Of a stretch of 41,408 nt of DNA, positions 1 to 5,901 are shown piece after piece. The stretch's first letter is position 1; the number at the start of each line of letters is the position of its first letter. The position numbers and the translations under genes were made by a program. The notes below the pieces were generated by a model, which saw nothing but the letters and a program-made list of their open reading frames with translations, did not search any database and was not told where the DNA came from. The stretch is from a virus: UHGV virus genome UHGV-1354657; one strand, given 5' to 3'.

Positions 1-123
1 TATGTTGTAGGAGGTGGCGCATGTGAAAAGATAAGTTCTATTACTAAAGAAAAATACACAATGATAAAAGGTAATGATAGATTTGATACGCTTCACAAAG
101 TATTAGATTTTATTAAGAAATAA
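1..123 (+). CDS. 3' end of an unknown protein-coding gene (partial)
   Basis: Frame is open from position 1 to TAA at 121-123 and is followed by a strong intrinsic terminator; no recognisable similarity. Confidence 0.3.
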   Translation, partial: YVVGGGACEKISSITKEKYTMIKGNDRFDTLHKVLDFIKK

Positions 124-131
124 GTTTGTAA

Positions 132-177
132 AGAGTGGTAACTATTTCATCAGTTACCACTCTCTCTTTTTTTATCC
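132..177 (+). terminator. Rho-independent terminator
   Basis: Perfect 12-bp stem AGAGTGGTAACT/AGTTACCACTCT (132-163) followed by a T-run (164-177). It overlaps the 3' end of the minus-strand ORF 150-359. Confidence 0.7.
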
Positions 178-359
178 TTTTTGTTATATTCTCTTTCAAG
201 TGCTGTTTTTTTAAAAACCCATGTCGTTCCGAATTTTTTACAATCTACACCTTCCACAAATTTTCTGTTTCTTATATTAAGTCTTAACGTGCTTTCACCC
301 TTTTTATAAAGTTCGCAAGCATCTTTTATAGAGATTAGTTCTTCAAATATATCTTTCAT
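150..359 (-). CDS. Small HTH DNA-binding protein, excisionase/MerR-like (Xis/AlpA-type) family
   Basis: 69 aa with an RBS AAAGGAG upstream. The motif pattern (helix...GESTLRLNIRNRKF...GTTWVFKK) resembles excisionase-family HTH_17 proteins. It is transcribed divergently from gene 513-962 across palindromic operators. Confidence 0.55.
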   Translation of the reverse strand: MKDIFEELISIKDACELYKKGESTLRLNIRNRKFVEGVDCKKFGTTWVFKKTALEREYNKKDKKRESGN

Positions 360-394
360 TTTAACAACTCCTTTTACTTATATTATAATCGCAA

Positions 395-480
395 AAGTTT
401 AAAAAGACAAGAAAAAAATAAACGTTTATGTTTAAAAAAACTATTGACTTAATAAACGTAAACGTTTATAATATAATTAA
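395..480. promoter_or_regulatory. Divergent promoter region with AAACGTTT palindromic operators
   Basis: Plus-strand promoter TTGACT-17-TATAAT (433-461). The palindromes TAAACGTTTA and ATAAACGTAAACGTTTAT overlap its spacer. A minus-strand promoter TTGTCT-17-TATAAT serves gene 150-359. Confidence 0.5.
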
Positions 481-512
481 AGAAAGAGATAAATAAAAGG
501 GGGATTTAAAAA

Positions 513-962
513 ATGGAGAAATTCATCAGACTTGATTTTGATAAAGGTTTTAGAGGTAAAGAACATAGAAGTAGCGCAACAGGAGATGGAGAACATTTTG
601 AAGCAGGAATTAGTTGCTATAAAATAAATAAAGAAAAATGTGTTGATGCTATAATAAATTTATGTGAATATTGGTTTGAATTTGCAGGTGAATGTCAATT
701 CAAAGATTTCGATATAAATATTTTTGAAGGGTACTATGTAGGTGAAGGGGCTAGTTATGAAGATTTAGCAACTTGTGAAAATCACTTACATTGTGTAGAT
801 GGTTCTTTGTTTAATGAAGTTTATGACTTATATTATATGCATGAAACATACTTAGAAGAAAATAGAGATATTGAAGAATTAGAAGAAAACTACAAAGATG
901 AATATATAACAACAGAAGAATTTGAAACTAAGATAAAAGAAATGTTTATAAAATACTTGTAG
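513..962 (+). CDS. Hypothetical acidic protein
   Basis: 149-aa ORF with RBS AAAGGGGGA and consensus promoter upstream; D/E-rich; no recognisable domain. Confidence 0.6.
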   Translation: MEKFIRLDFDKGFRGKEHRSSATGDGEHFEAGISCYKINKEKCVDAIINLCEYWFEFAGECQFKDFDINIFEGYYVGEGASYEDLATCENHLHCVDGSLFNEVYDLYYMHETYLEENRDIEELEENYKDEYITTEEFETKIKEMFIKYL

Positions 963-973
963 GAAGTGAAAAT

Positions 974-1621
974 ATGGAAATTGGAGATAAATTTGAGAAT
1001 CTTACAATACTAGATATAGAACAAAGAAACAGTAGAAAATATTGTCTATGTAAATGCGGGAATTGTGGAAATGAAAAGTGGATAAGAGCAGATAGTTTGA
1101 AAAGAATAAAAGCATGTGGGTGCATGAAAAGTAGCACACAATTTAAACAAAATGATTTAACAGGCAGAAAGTTTGGCAGATTAACAGCAATAAAGAACAC
1201 TAACAAAAAAGCTAAAAGTGGTCACTATATTTGAGCTTGTAAGTGTGATTGTGGAAATGAGATTAAGACAGCAGAAAACAATTTAACTACTGGCAGAACT
1301 AAATCATGTGGATGTCTAAAAAAGGAATCTAATATAAAAAATGCAAAGATAGCTTTAAAAGTGCACAAAGAAAAAAATATTGTTGATAATACAAATTTAT
1401 CTATTATAAAAAAGACAGAAGCATATTCTAATTCAAAAACTAAAATTAGAGGGGTTTATTGGAATAAAGAAAAAAGAAAATACTGTGCTCAAATAGAATT
1501 TAAGAAAATACATTATAGTCTAGGTTACTATGATAACATAGAAGATGCTGAAAAGGCATATATAGAAGCTAAAGATAATTTACATAATAAATTTTTAGAA
1601 AAATTGTCTGAAGAAGAATAA
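974..1621 (+). pseudogene. AP2-domain / Zn-ribbon-repeat (HNH-associated) phage protein interrupted by a single in-frame TGA (1232-1234)
   Basis: ORFs 974-1234 and 1361-1621 are in the same frame and the frame is open between them except for one TGA. Two CxCxCGN...TxSCGC Zn-ribbon repeats (LTILD...CKCGNCGNE...ACGC and IKN...CKCDCGNE...SCGCL) are followed by an AP2-like domain (GVYWNKEKRKYCAQI...LGYYDNIEDAEKAY). Confidence 0.6.
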
Positions 1622-1654
1622 TAAATATATTTGATAGTAGGAGAGGAAATTAAA

Positions 1655-2128
1655 ATGAATAAACAAAAAATTAAAAGATTTTTAAAAATAATAGATAAGA
1701 ATATGAATGAAATAAAAGAAGAAGCTATAAAAGCATATAAAGAAAGTTTTTTAGCAAAAGATAATAATATAAGAATATATATCAATCTAGCAGGCAAAGT
1801 TAAAGCTGTAGTAGTTCCGAGCTGGAGCAGATATATAGAAGATACGTACGAAAAAGAAATTTTTGTTTGTGAATTTGACAAAGAAGAAATCAACCTCAAC
1901 GAGTTGCTCGGAGAACTTTGCTATTTGAACGATTATGAAGAGTTCAAAAAATGGTGCGAAATTGAAAATGAAGATTTGAAATGGGACAGTTATAAAAAAT
2001 TTAATAAAGATAATTTTGACGAATTTATTGAAAGAAATATAGAATATAGTCTATCAGATTTTTTGAAAGAGTTAAGTGAAAGTATAGAAAATTGTAAACA
2101 AGATTTAAAATTAATGATTGAAATTTAA
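1655..2128 (+). CDS. Hypothetical protein
   Basis: ATG at 1655 is preceded by GGAGAGGA. The six-frame ORF from 1631 has no RBS. No recognisable domain. Confidence 0.6.
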   Translation: MNKQKIKRFLKIIDKNMNEIKEEAIKAYKESFLAKDNNIRIYINLAGKVKAVVVPSWSRYIEDTYEKEIFVCEFDKEEINLNELLGELCYLNDYEEFKKWCEIENEDLKWDSYKKFNKDNFDEFIERNIEYSLSDFLKELSESIENCKQDLKLMIEI

Positions 2129-2164
2129 ATGAAAGAGTATTATTATTAATGTATATAGTATCGC

Positions 2165-2320
2165 TTTTAAGATTAACTACGAGGGATTTAAAATATTTTT
2201 TAATTTATTTAGAAATAATATTGTAATAAGAATTTTTAGATTAACTATAAGGGATTTAAATATCAATTTAATTTATATCGAAATGATACAATATCCAAAT
2301 TATTTTAGATTAACTATGCG
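2165..2320. repeat. Three direct repeats TTTWAGATTAACTAYRMGG(G)ATTTAAA spaced about 68 bp apart (iteron or protein-binding array candidate)
   Basis: Copies at 2165-2194, 2233-2263 and partially at 2302-2320. The first two also share the downstream stretch TTTAATTTATWT-GAAAT-ATA. Confidence 0.5.
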
Positions 2321-2326
2321 GAAATA

Positions 2327-2361
2327 AAAACAGTGTATTCAATAAATACACTGTTTTTTAA
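2327..2361. terminator. Bidirectional rho-independent terminator
   Basis: AAAACAGTGTATTcaataaATACACTGTTTTTT: 9-bp perfect stem flanked by an A-run and a T-run. It lies between the convergent genes 1655-2128(+) and 2370-2651(-). Confidence 0.75.
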
Positions 2362-2369
2362 TGCTAAAA

Positions 2370-2651
2370 TTAGTTATTATGATAACTTAATCCTTCAATT
2401 ATAAATCCTACATTCGTCGTCATTTCTGCTTCATCACTTTGTAATATTCCTTGTGTAAATTTGCTGTCATTCGGTAATGATACTTTTTTTCTTGCAACTA
2501 CTTCTATGATTGTTTGAAATAGTTTAATTTTCATATTCTTATCAAATCCAGCAAATTGCAGATAATTTGTTACTTCTTGTGAAAACTTATTTAATTCAGA
2601 TTTAGTCATTTTTTCAGATAACTCTTTTCCAATTTGCAAATAAACATTCAT
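2370..2651 (-). CDS. Hypothetical protein downstream of the partition operon
   Basis: ATG at 2651 with AAAAAGGGG 9 nt upstream (the six-frame track starts at TTG 2660); 93 aa; no recognisable domain. Confidence 0.5.
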   Translation of the reverse strand: MNVYLQIGKELSEKMTKSELNKFSQEVTNYLQFAGFDKNMKIKLFQTIIEVVARKKVSLPNDSKFTQGILQSDEAEMTTNVGFIIEGLSYHNN

Positions 2652-2695
2652 CTTTTCCAACCCCTTTTTTAGATTATAGTTAAAACATATTATTT

Positions 2696-2790
2696 AAACA
2701 ATATCGATATATTGTAATAATAATATTAAAATATTACTTAAATATTATATATACAATATTTAAGTAATATCTAAACAATATAAATATAAT
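2696..2790. promoter_or_regulatory. Intergenic operator-like region with ACAATAT motifs and a perfect 16-bp inverted repeat
   Basis: ATATTACTTAAATATT (2731-2746) and AATATTTAAGTAATAT (2755-2770) are perfect reverse complements separated by 8 bp. AACAATATCGATATATTGT is a palindrome at about 2696-2714. Confidence 0.45.
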
Positions 2791-2795
2791 ATTAT

Positions 2796-3128
2796 TTACT
2801 TTTTCTTAGTCTTATTTCTTCTATTTCTCTCATTGTATATATTTAAATTCTCTTCTTTTATAGTGACATCAGATAAAATTTGAGTTAGTATATCACTTAA
2901 TAATTTACTAACGTCGCTGTTCATATCAATAGAAAAAGATTTTAATTTGTTTACAAGCTCCTCATCAAGCGTTGCACTCATAGTCACTTTTTTACTTTTC
3001 TTATTAACTAAATTATATATGTTTAATGTCTTATTGTCTGTAGTTGTAGAATCATTTTGTGCGATTGTTCCATTTTTCAAAATCGGTTTTTCCTTATCAA
3101 CTAAAAGGTCTCTGTTGAAACTTGGCAT
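2796..3128 (-). CDS. ParG/CopG-like ribbon-helix-helix partition (centromere-binding) protein
   Basis: 110 aa; the RHH-like segment KKVTMSATLDEELVNKLKSFSIDMNSDVSKLLSDIL. Its ATG abuts the parA stop (TAGATG), so it is translationally coupled downstream of parA. Confidence 0.55.
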   Translation of the reverse strand: MPSFNRDLLVDKEKPILKNGTIAQNDSTTTDNKTLNIYNLVNKKSKKVTMSATLDEELVNKLKSFSIDMNSDVSKLLSDILTQILSDVTIKEENLNIYNERNRRNKTKKK

Positions 3129-3938
3129 CTATAACACTCCTTTTCTTTTCAATTCTTCTAACATATTAGTAAATTCCTGTCTGCTGAAATGCTCTTTAGT
3201 TATTTTTGTATAATCTGTTAGAGATAGTTTTTTCAATAGTGCCTTCTCTATAAACTCATTTTTTCTAATGTATGTATCTAACATAATATCCCTCATATCG
3301 TTAAACCCTTCCAGATAAGAATCGAAAGTATCGCTAATTTGAGTTTTCTTCTTCTCAAATCCAACTAAAATAGTACTTTTTATATTATCCTCCTTATCAA
3401 AATAGGTTCTATCAACATCCCAGAGTTGTTTAAATAATTCTGCTCCTCTTAAAGAAGAAATGTTTTTATCTTGAATTGGAATAATTATACTATCTGCTAA
3501 GAAAAGCACATTTTTAGCTGTCAAATCGTAGCGTGGAGATAAATCACAGATAATATAATCATACTCACTCAAAGTATTAAAGTTTTGCATGTACCAGCGA
3601 GCTAAAAATTTTTCTCTGGCTGGTAAAGGTGATAGCTCTTGTTCAAATCTAGCCATTTGTATGTCAGAAGGAATTAAGTCTACATTAATGTAATTTCCAT
3701 TAGGTGACTTGACTATTGCATCATTAGCACTAATCCCTTTTAAAATATCTAATGTAGTATTATCATTATGATTTATTTCATAAACATATTGTGTTAGATT
3801 TGCTTGCACATCTAAGTCCCATAAGAGTATTTTTTTATCTTTATCTTTCGCAAGTTCATACGCTGTCATTATAGACGTTGTTGTCTTATAGATACCTCCT
3901 TTTATGTTAAAGTACGTAAGTAGCTTTGTATTAGCCAT
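3129..3938 (-). CDS. parA: ParA/Soj-family partition ATPase
   Basis: Deviant Walker A NIKGGIYKTTTS, then DLDVQANLT and the usual ParA layout. ATG at 3938 is preceded by GAGGTGGAG (the track starts at an upstream GTG). Confidence 0.85.
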   Translation of the reverse strand: MANTKLLTYFNIKGGIYKTTTSIMTAYELAKDKDKKILLWDLDVQANLTQYVYEINHNDNTTLDILKGISANDAIVKSPNGNYINVDLIPSDIQMARFEQELSPLPAREKFLARWYMQNFNTLSEYDYIICDLSPRYDLTAKNVLFLADSIIIPIQDKNISSLRGAELFKQLWDVDRTYFDKEDNIKSTILVGFEKKKTQISDTFDSYLEGFNDMRDIMLDTYIRKNEFIEKALLKKLSLTDYTKITKEHFSRQEFTNMLEELKRKGVL

Positions 3939-3949
3939 TTTCTCCACCT

Positions 3950-4178
3950 CATTATTATATTTATAATATTATAACAATATTGTAGTATTGTTTTTATAAT
4001 ATTGCAACAATATATTAATATTGTTAATTACAATATTCAAATAATATAAATACAATATTTACATATTGCTTTTACAATACCAATATATTATATTAAAAAT
4101 ACTAAAATATTGTATATACAATACTAAAATAATATTTTTATAATATTACAGTATTATTTTTATATTATAGTAAAATTT
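3950..4178. repeat. parS-like centromere/operator array of ACAATAT / ATATTGT heptamers upstream of parA
   Basis: At least 10 copies in both orientations, including the palindrome ACAATATTGT and ACAATATattaATATTGT. This is typical for the site bound by an RHH ParG-type protein and the par promoter. Confidence 0.55.
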
Positions 4179-4216
4179 AAAAAAAAGAAGGCTAAGAAAA
4201 AAAGCAACCTTCTTTT
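4179..4216 (-). terminator. Rho-independent terminator of the peptide-AbrB operon
   Basis: GAAGG...CCTTC stem. On the minus strand it is followed by a run of 8 T; it sits immediately downstream of the 4227-4409 gene. Confidence 0.6.
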
Positions 4217-4226
4217 ATAGAAAAAG

Positions 4227-4409
4227 TCATTCATTCTTAGCCTTTTCAATTATTATCCTGTCGCCCTCGAATGTTGCCGTAACATTAGGGTTTTCTCTTG
4301 TTATGCCCATTTCATCAGCCCATCTCTTGGGAACACTCATTCTAGGGGTAAACGACCCACTCCCACCCCTGTGAAAATTAAATTTTAAATTTCTTTTTTC
4401 TTTTTCCAT
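4227..4409 (-). CDS. AbrB/MazE/SpoVT-family swapped-hairpin DNA-binding protein
   Basis: 60 aa; motif RMSVPKRWADEMGI...GDRIIIEKA typical of the AbrB-N fold. RBS AAGGAG sits 7 nt upstream, and the stop of the upstream peptide gene lies 3 nt before this ATG. Confidence 0.7.
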   Translation of the reverse strand: MEKEKRNLKFNFHRGGSGSFTPRMSVPKRWADEMGITRENPNVTATFEGDRIIIEKAKNE

Positions 4410-4412
4410 TCG

Positions 4413-4574
4413 TTAACTCCTTTTTTGCTGTATTACAAAGAAAAGTAATAATACAACACTAAAAACTAAACCGAGTATGTTGCTTGTACTAGAGTTTAAT
4501 GCTATAGATACTATATTTAAGACTATGGTTATCAAAACTAAAACAATGCAAATCTTATAAAATTTATCACTCAT
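4413..4574 (-). CDS. Small hydrophobic membrane peptide (53 aa, 2 predicted TM segments), translationally coupled to the AbrB-like gene
   Basis: MSDKFYKICIVLVLITIVLNIVSIALNSSTSNILGLVFSVVLLLFFVIQQKRS. Its stop TAA (4413-4415) overlaps the RBS of the AbrB gene. It is below the 60-aa cutoff of the ORF track. Confidence 0.45.
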   Translation of the reverse strand: MSDKFYKICIVLVLITIVLNIVSIALNSSTSNILGLVFSVVLLLFFVIQQKRS

Positions 4575-4647
4575 GTTTTTTAGAAATGTGTTATAATATT
4601 AGAAAGAAGTCACCTAGAGAGAAGGGCTATTCCCTCTAGGCTTATCC

Positions 4648-4776
4648 TTACAGTTCTTTCAAAATTCTTAGAACTGCGAGGATTATGTTAAGTAATAATA
4701 GGATGAAGGAGAAAACTTTTTTAACTATGTTAAATTTGTTTTCTCTCTTCTTTTTACTTCTTTCTAACCTCCCCAT
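4648..4776 (-). CDS. Small cationic-hydrophobic membrane peptide (42 aa), first gene of the peptide-AbrB operon
   Basis: MGRLERSKKKRENKFNIVKKVFSFILLLLNIILAVLRILKEL. RBS AAAGGAGG 8 nt upstream. Promoter TTGTTT-17-TGGTATAAT on the minus strand at about 4846-4875. Confidence 0.45.
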   Translation of the reverse strand: MGRLERSKKKRENKFNIVKKVFSFILLLLNIILAVLRILKEL

Positions 4777-4837
4777 TCCTGTGCCTCCTTTCTTTTATTT
4801 TTTTTGCTTTCTCACCTCCTTCTCTATAAATATATTA

Positions 4838-4880
4838 TACCATGACGGGTCGTCAAAAACAATAGTTTTCTCCTATTTTT
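4838..4880 (-). promoter_or_regulatory. Sigma-A promoter (extended -10) for the small-peptide/AbrB operon
   Basis: Minus-strand sequence TTGTTTTTGACGACCCGTCATGGTATAAT, followed by a purine-rich leader carrying two SD-like GGAGG motifs. Confidence 0.5.
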
Positions 4881-4920
4881 TAAACAAATTTTGGTAAAAA
4901 GTAAAGATTTTAGTATATTA

Positions 4921-5085
4921 GAAATGATGTAAAATTGTATCTTTTTTTAAAAAATGTGATATAATAAAAGCAAGGAAATAATGATTTACTTTACACAAGA
5001 GTAGCTATTTCCAATGTTTTGAAAAATAACTTATTTTCTTAAACCACTCTTATTGGCGTTTGAGTGGTTTTTTAATTTTATCGTT
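4921..5085 (+). ncRNA. sRNA unit 1: promoter plus about 100-nt transcript plus intrinsic terminator; paralog of the type I antitoxin-like RNA
   Basis: Extended -10 TGATATAAT (4958-4966), predicted TSS about 4973, terminator CCACTCTTATTGGCGTTTGAGTGG followed by TTTTTT (5044-5074). The unit repeats (about 165 bp) at 5131-5300. No coding potential. Confidence 0.5.
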
Positions 5086-5130
5086 CTTAAAATAAACTTT
5101 GATAAAAATAAAAAAAAATAGAATACTGAA

Positions 5131-5300
5131 AATGATGTAAAGTTGTATCTTTTAAAGAAAATGTGATATAATAAAAGCAAGAGAACTGTATTCTAGTCAT
5201 AAGAGTAGAGTTTTAGTCTAAAATAAAAAATTATTTAAACTTTTTGAATTTGATTCTCAAATCAAATTCCCAACCACTCTTTTGCGCAGAGTGGTTTTTT
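5131..5300 (+). ncRNA. sRNA unit 2: antisense RNA overlapping the 3' end of the toxin-like peptide gene (type I antitoxin candidate)
   Basis: The same promoter, GAAAATGATGTAAAGTTGTATC...TGATATAAT (5165-5173). Terminator CCACTCTTTTGCGCAGAGTGG plus TTTTTT (5274-5300). It overlaps the minus-strand CDS 5231-5383 over about 70 nt. Confidence 0.55.
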
Positions 5301-5383
5301 ACTTGTCTAAATAATTTGCTAATTATATAGAATATTAAACTAGCTATAACACCAGCTAATACATTAAGTAAAAAATTATCCAT
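5231..5383 (-). CDS. Type I toxin-like small membrane peptide (50 aa)
   Basis: MDNFLLNVLAGVIASLIFYIISKLFRQVKNHSAQKSGWEFDLRIKFKKFK: an N-terminal TM helix with a charged tail. Strong RBS GGGAGGTGA, partly sequestered by the upstream CCTCCC. A convergent antisense sRNA covers the 3' end. Confidence 0.55.
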   Translation of the reverse strand: MDNFLLNVLAGVIASLIFYIISKLFRQVKNHSAQKSGWEFDLRIKFKKFK

Positions 5384-5497
5384 ACTTCATCACCTCCCTT
5401 TGTAGCGTTGGGAGGATAATCTTTTGTGTATAGACTCCACTCTTTTTTTAGAATATAGATTGCTTTCTCTTGCTAAAATTATTATAACATATATTTA

Positions 5498-5534
5498 CAT
5501 AAAAAAAGACTTAGTTTATATACTAAGTCTTTTA
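5498..5534. terminator. Bidirectional rho-independent terminator
   Basis: AAAAAAAGACTTAGTttataTACTAAGTCTTTT. It insulates the toxin promoter from the helicase control region. Confidence 0.65.
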
Positions 5535-5605
5535 AAATGCAGTATTTTAGAAAATATATTTTTAAAATATAATTTATTTTCAAAAAGAGTATATTTTTTT
5601 ATAAT

Positions 5606-5901
5606 TTAAATGTGCTATAATTATAATCACAACGAACAGAAAACTTTTTTTTAATTGGTTTAAAAAAATCTACAAAAAAATAAACAAGGAACATGTACTT
5701 GCCGTCAAACAACCATGTTCCTTACACCGGAGGTTAGACCTCTCTTAAGGATAATATATCCTTGTTTTTCTATACTTATATTTATATTATAAGACAAAGT
5801 GTAGAAAAACACAAGGTTTTTAGGGTAATTTTAATAGTAAAATTATTACAAAAAATCAAAAAAAGAGCGTCAGCCTCCAGGTAAAAAATGGAGGGATAAA
5901 G
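5606..5901 (+). promoter_or_regulatory. Promoter and about 270-nt structured leader of the helicase gene (attenuation/RBS-sequestration candidate)
   Basis: Extended -10 TGCTATAAT (5613-5621). A perfect 10-bp hairpin AAGGAACATG-N18-CATGTTCCTT (5686-5722). Hairpin GGAGGTtagACCTC (5728-5742). A weak terminator-like hairpin plus a T-run (5746-5770). CCTCCA...TGGAGG overlaps the RBS (5873-5896). Confidence 0.5.
5670..5779 (-). ncRNA. Predicted countertranscript antisense to the helicase leader
   Basis: Minus-strand promoter TTGTGT-17-TATAAT (plus-strand coordinates 5809-5814 and 5786-5791). The complement of leader hairpin 1 is followed on the minus strand by GTTTATTTTTTT, an intrinsic terminator. 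Predicted length about 110 nt. Confidence 0.4.

Noticed and set aside
1528-1899. 123-aa minus-strand ORF
   Set aside because: Antisense shadow ORF overlapping two plus-strand genes; Leu/Ser/Ile-rich as expected from AT-rich antisense.
2165-2320. CRISPR array
   Set aside because: Only 2.5 degenerate repeats with AT-rich spacers of a similar repeated sequence, and no cas genes. It is an iteron-like array instead.
4685-4897. 70-aa plus-strand ORF in the ORF track
   Set aside because: CT-rich, low-complexity translation with no RBS. It lies antisense to the better-supported 42-aa minus-strand peptide gene and its SD-rich leader, and is more plausibly non-coding or antisense RNA.
5424-5609. 61-aa plus-strand ORF
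   Set aside because: It spans a bidirectional terminator hairpin and promoter elements; the translation is low-complexity; there is no RBS.
5746-5770. Strong intrinsic terminator (attenuator) in the helicase leader
   Set aside because: Partly rejected: on re-reading, the stem is only 5-7 bp and AU-rich with an interrupted U-run. It is kept only as a weak attenuator candidate rather than a confident terminator.
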